A DNA stretch of 64,000 nt. Origin: Laetmonice hystrix (Eukaryota). The notes under the pieces were generated by a model. It saw only the letters and a list, made by a program, of their open reading frames with translations, searched no databases and was not told the DNA's origin. The stretch lies in NCBI GenBank assembly GCA_965235115.1, contig OZ249436.1:42472001-42536000 (forward strand). Direction: 5' to 3'. A program made the position numbers and the translations under genes. This document shows, in pieces, positions 22,882 through 34,828 of this stretch (positions are counted from its first letter, which is position 1; each line of letters opens with the position of its first letter).

Positions 22882-25193
22882 CACTGAAAAATTTTTTGAC
22901 GAATTAAGTTTGTCATTTGACTACTTTGCTTCAAGTTCGTCGTTTTACTAAGCTAGTTCGTCACAGATCTCTATGGTTGTCAGTCAGCTTCAAACAGAGC
23001 TATGCTAAATTTATACGAAATCAAATGAAAAATTGAAAATGGCCTATTCCTTGTACAACAGGTGTAGGCCCTATATTAAATATCATGTTCACATGATATG
23101 TCATATTGTACCTAATATTTATGGTCACGCCTTCCAAAAGCCCCCCCATCCCAATACGAAAGTTAAATTTAGAATGACAAATAGGCCTAGCGTGAGTAGC
23201 CACTTTTTCTTTCACGCGCGGGATTTGAACGCACCACTCGGCCTACCAGCCACCGACATTGCGACAGCTACGACCGACGTCACCGCTAAGGCCTCTTTTG
23301 GATGGTAGGTAAATCTTGTAATTGTATGAAATTCTACGAACACGATAAAGTACAGGTGAAACAGGATAACGATGACGAGCGACAGTCTCGTCCCGCAGCC
23401 ATGGGAGATGCCATGCCATGTCCCGAGGTTGGGTGATAATAAACATATTTGTCGTTGACCTTGTGAAAGGTGAAAGTCCAAAGCCAAGGGCGGGGGGCGC
23501 TTGTGAGTTTCACAGCGGATGATGACATGGCCCCGCGGGGGGGGGGGGGGTAGGTCCAAGGGGGTAACTCCAAATCCTGAAACTGCCAGTGACCTGTAAA
23601 TTTGTATCACTATCAGTGACATTGACAGTCTAATCTATGTGCCAGGCCCTTGCCCATGGGCCATGGCCATATGCACGTGCTTACTAGATTGCACTTGGCG
23701 AACTCAAATGTTCTAAGTACGAAGATTAAGCTGTTGAATTAGCCTACTAGTTTTTGTTGAATATGTTTGATAAAGTTGGGAATGAATTTTAGGGTTTCTG
23801 TGATTGGAAAGGTCAGACTAGTCTTCCGTGAAGTGAAAATTTTGTTTTTGTCAACATTGAGACTGGAATGGCATGGAATTGTGTGTGTTGTGGGGTGTAT
23901 GAACCGTGATTTTCACTAGTTTTTTTTAATTTTATGTCTTTATGTATAATTAATTATGTATAATTGCCTGCAGAAAGCTGAAACGGAACTGGATAGGAAC
24001 ATGAAAGCAGCCTTGCTTGACTATGGTGCTTTCTTTAGCCTGATGGCGCTGCTGAACCCAACGACTTGCTGACGAGTACAAAGGTATGTTTAGTTAAGTA
24101 ATTGAAACTATGCGCTTAGCTCTTTTATACAGTATTCCTTTTGGTGTAAATAATTGTGCACCTATACATTTTTGTACCGTACCTAAAATGATAAAAAAAA
24201 ATCTATTGACACATCTTCAACAAATGCAGCATCATGTAACATCTTCAGCAAACTTATTATCCTCTAACTTCAAACTTTATATTTTAAATTTTAATTATAC
24301 AATTACAGACTGTAATGATAAATAACAATTTCATCTTGTTTTCCAGGACCATTCCAGCCTCTACATTTTCTACCCAAACATGTCAAATTTCACGGAGGCG
24401 GACACCTTCACAGTCATCCTCGACGGAACAGATGTCGTCACTACTTCAGAATTCTTCAAGGCTGTGGAATTGTTCTTTTATACTGTCTTTATCTTCAATG
24501 TGGAATATCCACAGGACATTAAGAAAACATTCACATTTATCCAGCATTTCTGGCTCAACATACAGGACAAGTCAGTAACAAAACAGATGAGAAACAACCT
24601 TCAATGGAAACTCGGCAAGTAAAATATCAGAGACTGTGTAGCGGTATCTTGTTTTGTAAATTTGTTGTTTTTGTTGTTTTGCCTTGAATGATTGCAAACG
24701 ATGTAGATAAGTATTTTTTATATTCAGATAATAATATGGTTAGGTGTCTTAGATTTTTCATGTGTGTGTCACAGGCATATCCTGTTGGCATGGTCTTTCC
24801 AGTCTACATGTACTTTGGTATCCATGATGAGACCAAGATGGGCGTGACTGTTCACCCCGGTGATGTGTTAATATTATATAAATAAACAGTGTCTCAATTT
24901 TATATATTACATTGTGTTAATTCATTCTTCAGTATAATTAGTCAAATGTCTAACGACACCTAGAAAAATGATTAACTGCAGTTCGTCAAATGTCTAACTA
25001 CATTTAGGGAAATGACAAACTGCACTTCGTCATTTTACTAAGGGTATTTAGTCAGTGACAGGTCACGTGACCATTTATATTGACGAACTGGCTTAGCATA
25101 TTGACGAACTGGGTTCGTCATTTAAGACATCGTCACATGACTAACCTACTTAGTCGTTTTGACAAAGTTATTTAGTCAAATTTATTTTCAGTA
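22882..25193. mobile_element. EnSpm/CACTA-like non-autonomous element
   Basis: Termini CACTGAAAAATTTTTTGAC... / ...GTCAAATTTATTTTCAGTA; arrays of TTCGTCA/TTAGTCA/TGACGAA subterminal repeats at 22890-23020 and 24935-25190. Confidence 0.75.
23974..24622 (+). pseudogene. Spliced 3' end of an EnSpm ORF2-like (SAMD3-like C-terminal domain) gene; exons 23974-24083 and 24347-24622
   Basis: TGCAG acceptor and AAG|GTATGT donor; TTTCCAG acceptor. The last exon encodes ...FFKAVELFFYTVFIFNVEYPQDIKKTFTFIQHFWLNI..., matching the remembered F-N-x-x-Y-P...T-F-x-F-I-Q motif of animal EnSpm accessory proteins. AATAAA at 24881. The first exon is frame-disrupted. Confidence 0.65.
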
Positions 25194-25241
25194 CGCTAGG
25201 CCTGCAGAGGAGATTAAGTGAACAGACCTATACAATCAAGC

Positions 25242-25445
25242 CTGAGGGGCGGCTCCAGGATTTTGGTGGTGGTGATGGTGGGTGGGTGGGGGAGGGGGGG
25301 AGGGGGGGGGAGGGGGTAGAATTTGATAAAGGGGGGGGGGGGGGTTCAGCATGGTCTATTCAGAAAGTTATATGGGGGGGGATTGGTTGCCGGGGGGTTT
25401 GACCCCCTGGACCCCCACGCCTCACTCCCCTTGGATCCGCCACTG
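25242..25445. mobile_element. CAGGGGCGGATCC-family MITE with a 5-bp TSD
   Basis: CTGAGGGGCGGCTCCAGG ... TTGGATCCGCCACTG flanked by CAAGC...CAAGC. Confidence 0.7.
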
Positions 25446-28400
25446 CAAGCAACGTATAGATCTATGGCTGGATCATGCTCCGTCTTCATGCTAATTTTAC
25501 TCCTATAAAGGGGCTATCAGTAATAACGGCTTAACTGGACTCATGGACAGGCAAAAGGGGACTCTGCTGGAGGAGCCGCTGAACAAATTCCCGGAGGAAC
25601 TCGACCGTGATCGATTTGAAGACGACCTTTCCAGGGGACCGACGAATTGAACTAAGATTTTGTGATTATCTGTCTTCGTCTTTCTTCCCACTTGGCTCGT
25701 CTCAGCAGATGAAGGGGAACCGATGACGCTGAATTGCTCTATTATGCCAGACAACATTCATAACAAAAGGCTAAATTGACTACCACCCAAAGGGGGCTTT
25801 GCAAAAGTAATGATGTAAAACGATTTTCTTCAACATTTTTTTACGCTACACAGAGTCTAAAGCGCAGCAATGGCTTACCGGTATGTTGGGGGCGTGGGCG
25901 GCGTGTTGGACACTTTGGTAAAATAAATGATGTCACGACATTGCAAGTCGTTATGCGAGTTGTCAAAGGTGGCATAATTTTATAATCAAGTAGCATTTCA
26001 GGGTCGTAGCCAGGCTAAGGCAGAGGAGGAAGCCTTCCTGCATGTCTGATTCTGGACCAGCTAAATCTGAGGTATAGGGCACGTCCCCCGGGCCTCCCAA
26101 AACTAAAACCTCTCTTCTCTCGTTGCTTCAGCTGATTTTATAATGTACACATATGTAGACTTCTATATCTTATATGTTATATGTCAACAGCCTTGTGATT
26201 GCCCTTACTTGTAATATAGCTATGCACATGATGATTATGATTATAGTCTTACTGTCTGGAATATTCGGGCTAGCCTGACTATATAGATCGGCTGGCGGTT
26301 TTTTTTAAAGACGCCGGTTGTAGAAAACACCGGGAGTGTTACATTGAAGTAATTACTATAGCGCAATATACAAAGTGCTAACACATACACAAATGCATGT
26401 CTGTTGGCAATAACGTACAACATAATATATGATACTTCACAACCACCTGGGCAAACTAAACAAAGGGGCAGCAAGGCAGGAGGTATGACGCAACATTATG
26501 CCCGAGGCTATAAGCAATATTTGATGTGGGTAAGCGTAATTGGCATTGGGGTTGCCGGGGTGACCAAATCCCACTTCGCTCGTATTCTGTAGGAGGATGC
26601 CCGATTATATAGCACATACTAATCCGATTATTACTAACGTTCATTTAGGAGATTTGAGAAGACAATGATGCAGAAGTATGTAGGTTAATGTTTCCAATAC
26701 ACTTAGGCCCAGGTTCTACATGATTCTGAGCGTCGGAAGCTGTTTTAAGGGGCTGAAACAGCAAGTTTGGCTTTACCCGGAAGGCTAGACGAAATCCCCC
26801 CGTGGGTTGACCTTGACGTTTTCGGAAATTTTCTGTATGGGAAGATTGGAGCGTGGGGTGGGGGGTGGGGGGGTGGGTGGGGTGTAATAGGCTATACCTA
26901 ATTGTACATCCTATCCCGTGCCGTATACCAGAAGATGAGAGGTTCCCATTAATGCAGAATTTAAGACTCATGACAATCGCAAAAATCTGAAACTGTCTTA
27001 TTCTGATGGACCACGTACTTGCTTTTCCTCAAATTTCATGCATCATTATGTAGGCCACTATACTGAATAAAGCTATCGTCTTCAGCATGTATTGTACGTC
27101 TACATGCATTCTCTCATATAGCCACACATTGTTTCCGTACGACATAAATGATTCGGACATAAATATCCATACGCTACTTCCTGAAAATCATTAGACACAT
27201 GCACTTACTTTCGTTTTTCGCCACCATCATTTTTCATCATCATTGTCATTTTCTCCGTCGTCGCTTACATCATCGCTCCAATCTTAGATCATCGTGCTAA
27301 CAAGGCCGCCCGCACACCACGTGTCGACAGGAGAAGGGCACTCCCTCGCATCTAATCGGAAGACTTCTCTATCTATAGTATTAAATGAGGCAGACTCAGA
27401 ACTTGCACTGATTGATAAACCTCACCTAAGTTGAAGTAAGCTGAGGAGATTTAGAAAACGGGATTGCGGCTCTTTCTCAACGGAAACTCCGACGCAGAAA
27501 ATGGCATGAACGAGAAGGACAATTCCTCAACATCTTCATTTTATTAATCCTATACCTCACGACGATCATGGAAGCAATAAGAACAATCACTATAGCTTAA
27601 AATTAATATAGGAAACCACATCGATGTAAATCATCAGATGTATTTTTGTTTAAATCGAACCGGCTATAAATCTGTTGATTGTGACGGGCTCTACCGTGCG
27701 CACGTCATGATTACAGAAAAAAGAGGACAGAAGCTATGATCACTTACTAAAAAATGGACCCTCTCAACAACAAAATTAATGTGAAGGAAAGCTTAGCAAG
27801 CACACGTACGCTATACCACACATATAGTAATTTAACTGATACGCCAATTATGATGGTTCGGCTCTTCCGCTTTGTTATTGTGCAAATGTACACCTTCACA
27901 CGCATGCAATGTCTGAAATGAGAAACAGTTCTAACTGCCCAAGTTATGATTTAGCATAAATGTCGGGAATGATCATATGTAAAATGTAGCTGGATTATTA
28001 TTATCTGTATGGGTCATTCACATGCAGCAGGGAGATACGAGAAAGCAGTAGGCCCCTATTTCAACTTGTGTTTATTTTTCAAATGATATGCTAATTTAAG
28101 TACCGGTATTGATATCCTCTATACCCTCTTTAAAAAAAACCATCAAATTTGAAGTAATTATATTCCATGATGTTCCCTCTGATTTTTTATTGATGCAGGT
28201 TTGAGAAAGGTACGTACTTTATAATATCAGCACGTAACGAATGCAGTATATCGAAAATATATATGGCCGTACAACATAACATTTATTGATTTAGCGCAGC
28301 CCGCGGGCGGATACGAAATTTTGTCCGTAAAGATGTTGCCAATCGAGGACGTATTATACGGGTCATTAGGCCTACCGTTTCAAACCCACCAGAGCGGATT

Positions 28401-28746
28401 GATTTCAAATGGACTGCAAATAAGCTGGGATGTGGGAAGAAAATGCACGATAATGCACTCTCTTCAACATTATGTAGCACAGTCGAAAGATGAAATTGAA
28501 TGAAAATTATGAAAATATTTTGATAGAATTAAATGATACACACAACTTTCTGGAGGGGGTCGGTCCACACAAGCCGAGTATATTTTTCGAACAATATATT
28601 GTACTTTATTTCCTGAAACATGAGCTTGAAGCCTTTGTATACGCCCACAAATATGTAGCCTCGATAATACAAGTACAAGGAGATGTACTTAGTTCTGATA
28701 TAGGCCAAGCTTCAAAATCTCGTCAGCTTCTAACTGTAAAAGTTAA

Positions 28747-29200
28747 AGGGAGGGTAAACACACACGGCAAATAAGGTTTCGTAGACCAAATGGAACACCA
28801 GCATTTACCCCAGGGCAATAAATGCCACAATTACGTTGTCTGAATGAAGTAATTAACGTGTAACTGCCCGATGTGTGACGCCGCTGGTTCTGACGTGGAC
28901 CTGCTTGTGTGTTTATCCGAGCCGAATGCTGCACACCACGGCATATTGCGTAACATTAGGTTTTACTCTGCTCACAGACCTTGTCTACACGATGTTTGGA
29001 GTCCCAACGTTTGTAAACGTCCGAGGTGTTGAACACATATAAGCAGAGCAAGGTTGGAACCAGCGGCGTCACACATCGGGCAGTTACACGTTAATTACTT
29101 CATTCAGACAACGTAATTGTGGCATTTATTGCCCTGGGGTAAATGCTGGTATTTCATTTGGTCTACGAAACCTTATTTGCCGTGTGTGTTCTCCATCCCT
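28747..29200. mobile_element. Kolobok-like TTAA MITE with ~140-bp inverted arms
   Basis: TTAA|AGGGAGGG...CCATCCCT|TTAA; 28758-28890 is a near-perfect reverse complement of 29057-29190. Confidence 0.88.
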
Positions 29201-29204
29201 TTAA

Positions 29205-29544
29205 AGGTGCTATTCGTCTCGCACAGAATGGCATTTCTCCTATCATACATTGTGCACATAGTACTAGAAAAAATTCCTACCGATACCATTGGCCTGATAA
29301 ACCTTCTATTAGTTTGTGTGCAGCATTTGAAACCTTTCTCGGTGCGCACCGAGATAGAACCATTTCCTATGGTGGGGCGTGTCAGGGTCTCCACAGGCCT
29401 TCAGAGAGAGCCCCATTTGTGCCGTTATCCATGAAAAATTTTGATTTCCTTTGTTGTGAATCTATTTCCATGATAGGTGGGATCACATAAACGTCAACAA
29501 AATTAAAAATAAAAAAATTGAACTTTTCTTCACGAATAGCACCT
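29205..29544. mobile_element. Kolobok-like TTAA MITE
   Basis: TTAA|AGGTGCTATTCGT ... ACGAATAGCACCT|TTAA. Confidence 0.85.
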
Positions 29545-29548
29545 TTAA

Positions 29549-29724
29549 GGCTGGATTCTACTACATCCGATGGGCCATCCGATTGACGATAAAATGTATT
29601 TGATATTTGCAGCCGACGAAAAATATATATCTAAATTAAATGTCCTTTAATGATTTGATGACACAAATTACCAATAATTTCAGAAGTTAAGAAAATCGGA
29701 TGGCCGATCGGATGTAAATCGGCT
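29549..29724. mobile_element. Short Harbinger-like MITE
   Basis: TACATCCGATGGGCCATCCGATT vs AATCGGATGGCCGATCGGATGTA inverted ends; GGCT...GGCT|TAG termini are imperfect. Confidence 0.6.
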
Positions 29725-29968
29725 TAGTGGAACACGGGCTTTATGCTGGCTTGTTCCACGGTCAATTTAATAAAAATATGCGACTTTTGAAAACAATAAA
29801 AGTGTTGATTAACAATTGTGATTGTACTTTTAATCAAGCATGAGAATGCGGCGTTGTTTTGTTTGGCTGCTGAGATAAACGTGACGGTGGTCTTGCGATC
29901 AGAGGCTGCATGATAGAGAGCGTCCGTTCGCTGGAGAAGTCCGCCTATCGGCAGTGAGCTGGTGAGGG

Positions 29969-29971
<3 letters not shown>

Positions 29972-30040
<69 letters not shown>
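29972..30040. repeat. Perfect (CAG)23 microsatellite
   Basis: 69 bp of uninterrupted CAG. Confidence 0.98.
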
Positions 30041-30041
<1 letters not shown>

Positions 30042-33000
30042 TTTCACCAAAGCTCGTCTCCCATTTGAACGTTTCCTTCCGCGTGGTAACGTCGTGGCCC
30101 ACGCTGTGGTCTCTAGTTCCCGGCCTTCACTCCATACTTGTTCCAAACCCAAAGCCATTATTGGAAGAAATCACAACAGAACCTTGTGTCAGCATCGGTA
30201 TCTTATAATCTGACTCTATGTATAGTACCAGACATGATATATAATGAAGAGAAGTGAATCTGTATTGGACACGGAAACTATATGTGCCCCTGGTTCGCGG
30301 ACCTTTATCGTGGGACGGTGGATCAGTAACGGGACAGCGTGATATGACTCTAGTCGTCCCAACCGACAGGTAAGTCAAACTTATCTTCTCCTACCATCCC
30401 ACTCGTATACATCATCATGGTGACTGATACAACACCGTCTGACACAGAACATCCAGGCTACATTCGTCCGGGCCGAGTGGTGAGTGTACGAGTGACTGAT
30501 TCTGAAACTGTTACATATCTTTGAACTCATTATGTCTACTCATTATAGAACTCTAGACCTACGCCTATTTTGAGACCTCGATTCTGTTAGATGTATCTTT
30601 GGGCAAACAGGTCTTCACAGACCGTAAACTCAACAAAGGTTCCAGTTTCCTGCTTAGCGTTAGTAGGTACAGAGCCAATGTAAACGTTGCGGAACTCTCC
30701 TATAAATGTTCACGTTAACTCACATAATATTATGGCCAATTGAAGGTAATCCCGGGAACCTTTACTTCAAATAATTGTTCCTAAATCACATCTAAATTAA
30801 ATCCAAACTGACCTATAAGATATGCGCAACAAGGAATGTTCTTAGCACTTGGCAGAGAGCAGAGAAAAGCAATATATTGCGAGAATTGAGCAGAGAGGAC
30901 CAGAATTGATATTTTTGTCCTTCCCCCTGCGATCTGAGATGAGGGGGCAGCGAGACTAGCCCGATAGTTTCCCCATCCGCCAATCCTTAGCCTATATCTA
31001 TATTATATACGATGAATAAAATCGCAGGCAGCGTCTCAGTGAGGTTCTGCTACACGTGTGAACACGCGTAAGTGCATGCAAAAGATGCGCCCTGACTTTG
31101 GCTTCCTGACTTTGGGCCGATAACATGGCTCTTGCTCGTCTTCCCACATGAAAAACGACACGGGTCATGGTCCTGGTTGTTCGTGTCGGGGCCCATCGAC
31201 AGGTCGGGACGCCTGCCCCTGCCCAATCCAATCACCTCCGGTCGACGCTCTTCAGTCCATGTTTAGGTTCTTCCTTCTGCCCGTCCATCTCCAGGCGCAA
31301 CGCGCGCATTCCTGTCAACCGTTTTCTGTTGAAGAAAATGACGTTTAAGCCGTTTGGCGACGATTTGTCAAGGCGCGCCGCGACAAGCGACAAAGTGGCC
31401 GTTCATCAAAGCTTGTAAGTGACACTATCAATGCGCAAGGGTATTTTCAATCAAGGACGGTACACTGTGATTCACTCTGGCCATTAAAAAAGCCGAAAGA
31501 CGGCAAATTTCAAGTGGAGCTTTGGTTTCTGTTCAGGGTTTTGCTGACATGCCTGCTCGTTTTCCTTCAGAAGTCGTGTTTTGTTCTGAGATATCCAGAC
31601 GAAGGAAATAGTGAATGAGATGGTCGGCGGTGAGTGCCTCACAGGGAAGATACTCAGAAACTTTAAAAGGAACCTTTGAAAATTTGCAGAAATCACAAGG
31701 AGACCCAGGAAACAATTGCATGACATTAGAAGCGATCCATTTTAAACACAGGACCATGATTCTTTGGCGATTATCAAGTATTATGAAAGCTGAGACAAGA
31801 GGGTGGAGTGGCCCTGAAATATCTTTATTATTGGAGCATCATAGGTCAAATACGGCTCGATTGATCAAATGTAATAGTACCCTATAGCATTTACCTCAGA
31901 CTATATAGTTCCCAACATGCTTTGGCTTTTAGAATTAATCAACACATAAGTGGCATGGGGATAGAGAGTTATAGAGACTACCGCCATCACTGATCCTTGC
32001 CAGCCTGATTGTAACGTTGTTTGTAAACACTCACCATGCCTCCCTTTCAGCCTATGAACCGACTTGACATACAATAAGACCTACATGCCTTTTCTGAAAA
32101 CAACTCTCAAAAGGAAATGTTCCGGGCACGATTGCGACCTCTTCGCCGGAACAATGCCCTACCTTCCGATGATTGCTAGTCATGCACATAAATGACAGCC
32201 ATCGTTCAGTTGACCTCGCTCAGTTACATTGTATTCTCCCGTATTCAGTGTATTGCCTCAGATTCGTGGCTCGTAGTTTGTCCTATATACCTACAAGAAG
32301 TAAATTCTTCAGAATCTAGCCACCCTTATGGCTCTGTGGACAATAAATGGGATTACGTCATGTGTATGTGGATGAGGTAACGTTTTAAACTTCTTTTTCT
32401 TGAAACAAACCGAAAACCAAGAAAATGAATCAACACACCAAAAATCAAAATAGAGGACGGTTTTTACTTCAGGGCAACCCACAACCAAATGTGGATGGAT
32501 GATTATATGCCCCCAGACTGCTGATGATAACGTTTTGGGACTATCAACTGTTGAGGAACCACCGCGCATTGATGACTGTAAAGAAATCAACCTTCCACAG
32601 AAACGTAAGATCCTTACCGACTGGGGAGCTCGCCATGAAGTGTCTATATCAAATACTAGTCTGCCAGCAGCTCTATCTCCTGTTGGTGCACAGTGATACC
32701 TGTCAGGAATGATGTATAGAACGCATAATGGATAGTCCACCAACGGAAGAGCATATTGCAAGTTTAAGCGAAGAAGTGGCTTGCGGCATCATGCTAAACA
32801 GGAGCGACCTATGATTTCTTCGGCACTTCCCAGCTCCGTCCTCGTATGGCGATGAGCAGACCCGACATTCTCAATTCTGATGTCTGCATGTCAATGACAG
32901 TAACCGTATGTGATATAAAACGTTTTCCTAATGTAACACCAAGTCAATGTCTGGCGATCTCTCCAGACATGGGGCTAGGCCTAACAATAATGGGATGCTG

Positions 33001-34185
33001 TACCCGCCGAAAGCATACAGTCGTGGGCAGTGTTCTCTATAGGTCTATGGACCTATGTAGGACCTGCAGTTCAGTAAATGCATGTATTAAATCGGGAAGA
33101 TAAAACGACAATTTGATATAGGCACGCCCTGAAAGGCGTATTTTTCTCCATTGGCAGAACTTGTAGTTGCCCAAGTCCACTTTAAGACGTAGCATCATGA
33201 TCGTGACACACCTACTCTATTGCGTGCGAGTTTATTCAGTAACGTATATACCCTAGTGTAAAATCCTGTCACAGAATTCCCCATTCATAGAGGACGTACA
33301 AACTGATTTAGCTGTTATCTGAGACCGTTAGAATTATAGACGTGTGATCATATAATTTGTTTCACCACGATTTTAGACGTCCTCGCGATTTTACGTCGCC
33401 TCCCTTCCCCACAGCTCAGAATGGTCGAAGTCGAAGTCTCCTCAAATCTTCGCCGATAAACTCTCGCGGCGTGGATAACCCCGTATTAAAGCCGGATTAT
33501 TTATCGTCGTGGAAATTCTAGGACTTCCTGAATGAATTCAGTCGACCTGAAGGTTCAGAGCAGACAACACGAAGCACTGCTCTTCCCAATATGGCCAGGA
33601 TGGCTTCGTCTTTACAGCTGGACGACCAGATCAGACAGATCCTACTATAAATGTCAAATTATTGCAAGTTTATGGCGACTGTATCATATCATTTAGGACT
33701 GAGTGTTCCACTGCCTAGTCATATGTGTCACCGAAAGGTACTTTTTATTACTTTCTTCGTCATTATTGATGAAGGACCTTTAAGGGAATGTCGGAAAGTC
33801 GAAAAACTTCTGAAATTTAATGGAAAAATAAGGAGATCTCACGACTTATCAGGACAGTTTGGACATCTGAAAACAATGAACATCAGCTTGAATGACAGTG
33901 GAAATACGAATATAAGTTTAAAATAATATTTTTTTGTTATTTAGTCCATTGAATACGTGGTGAATAGTCCTGATATGTACACCAGTACCCACTGGAGTTT
34001 GGTATTAGCGATATACACTGTACACTCACTGGCCATAAATATTGCAACATTGAAATCCACATAGTTCAGTTGGATAACTGTGTTACAATAATTTATTCAA
34101 TTTTCTTTACACTAATTAAGACGTCTTTAAAGTATCTGTGTTCTGAAGTCAACGTCCTTTTTTACTGTGGGAAATATGACGTCCC

Positions 34186-34558
34186 CAGAGGCGGATCCAG
34201 GATTTTTTGCACGGGGGGGGGGGATCCGCGCCGAGGAGGGGGGGGGGCTACGACTGAAAATGTTTGGCAATATAAAAGGCCATAGATGCTATTTCCCGGC
34301 TTCTCAGCATCATACTGAAGAGCTTTTGGTGCCGACTTTTTGGTCAAAATTAATGTTTTAGTATCCAGGGGGGCTAGTACAGCCACAATGAAAAAAATCA
34401 CAAAAAGAAAAATTTTTAGGTGAGCCCCACCCCCTTATCACAATCCTGGATTCCCCACTGATTAATGCATGTTTATTGGAAAGAGAGGCGCATGGGGAAT
34501 GACCGAGAGCAGGGGGGGGGGTCACGACCCCCAAAAACCCCCTCTCAATCCGCGCCTG
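34186..34558. mobile_element. CAGRGGCGGATCCAGG-family MITE nested in the Tc1 element
   Basis: CAGAGGCGGATCCAGG ... AATCCGCGCCTG flanked by GTCCC...GTCCC; homologous to 863-1240. Confidence 0.85.
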
Positions 34559-34579
34559 GTCCCAGGTCATGGCACCACC

Positions 34580-34828
34580 TGCCTGCCAGAATCTTGACTG
34601 GGCTGAAAACGTAACTATCTGACTGTCCACAGGAGACACCGATCTCGGTGTGGTTTTCTTTGGACGATCACTTCTGTTTAATTTTTCATGGTCACCAGTT
34701 TGGTGGTAACCCATACTCTGTACACCGTTTGCGGGCAGCAGTGAAGACGTCAGGCTATATCGTATTTCCTCTCCCAGAGAAATGAGTACATGACGTTCAG
34801 CATTTGTAAGTTCCAGTACCTTCGGCAT
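34580..34828 (-). pseudogene. Tc1 transposase N-terminal remnant
   Basis: MPKVLELTNAERHVLISLGE...YHQTGDHEKLNRSDRPKKTTPR (GRPR-like linker), located inside Tc1 TIRs. Confidence 0.75.

Noticed and set aside
29724..30213. Poly-Ala / poly-Cys / poly-Gln ORFs
   Set aside because: Artefacts of the (CAG)23 tract; no supporting exon structure or recognisable domain.
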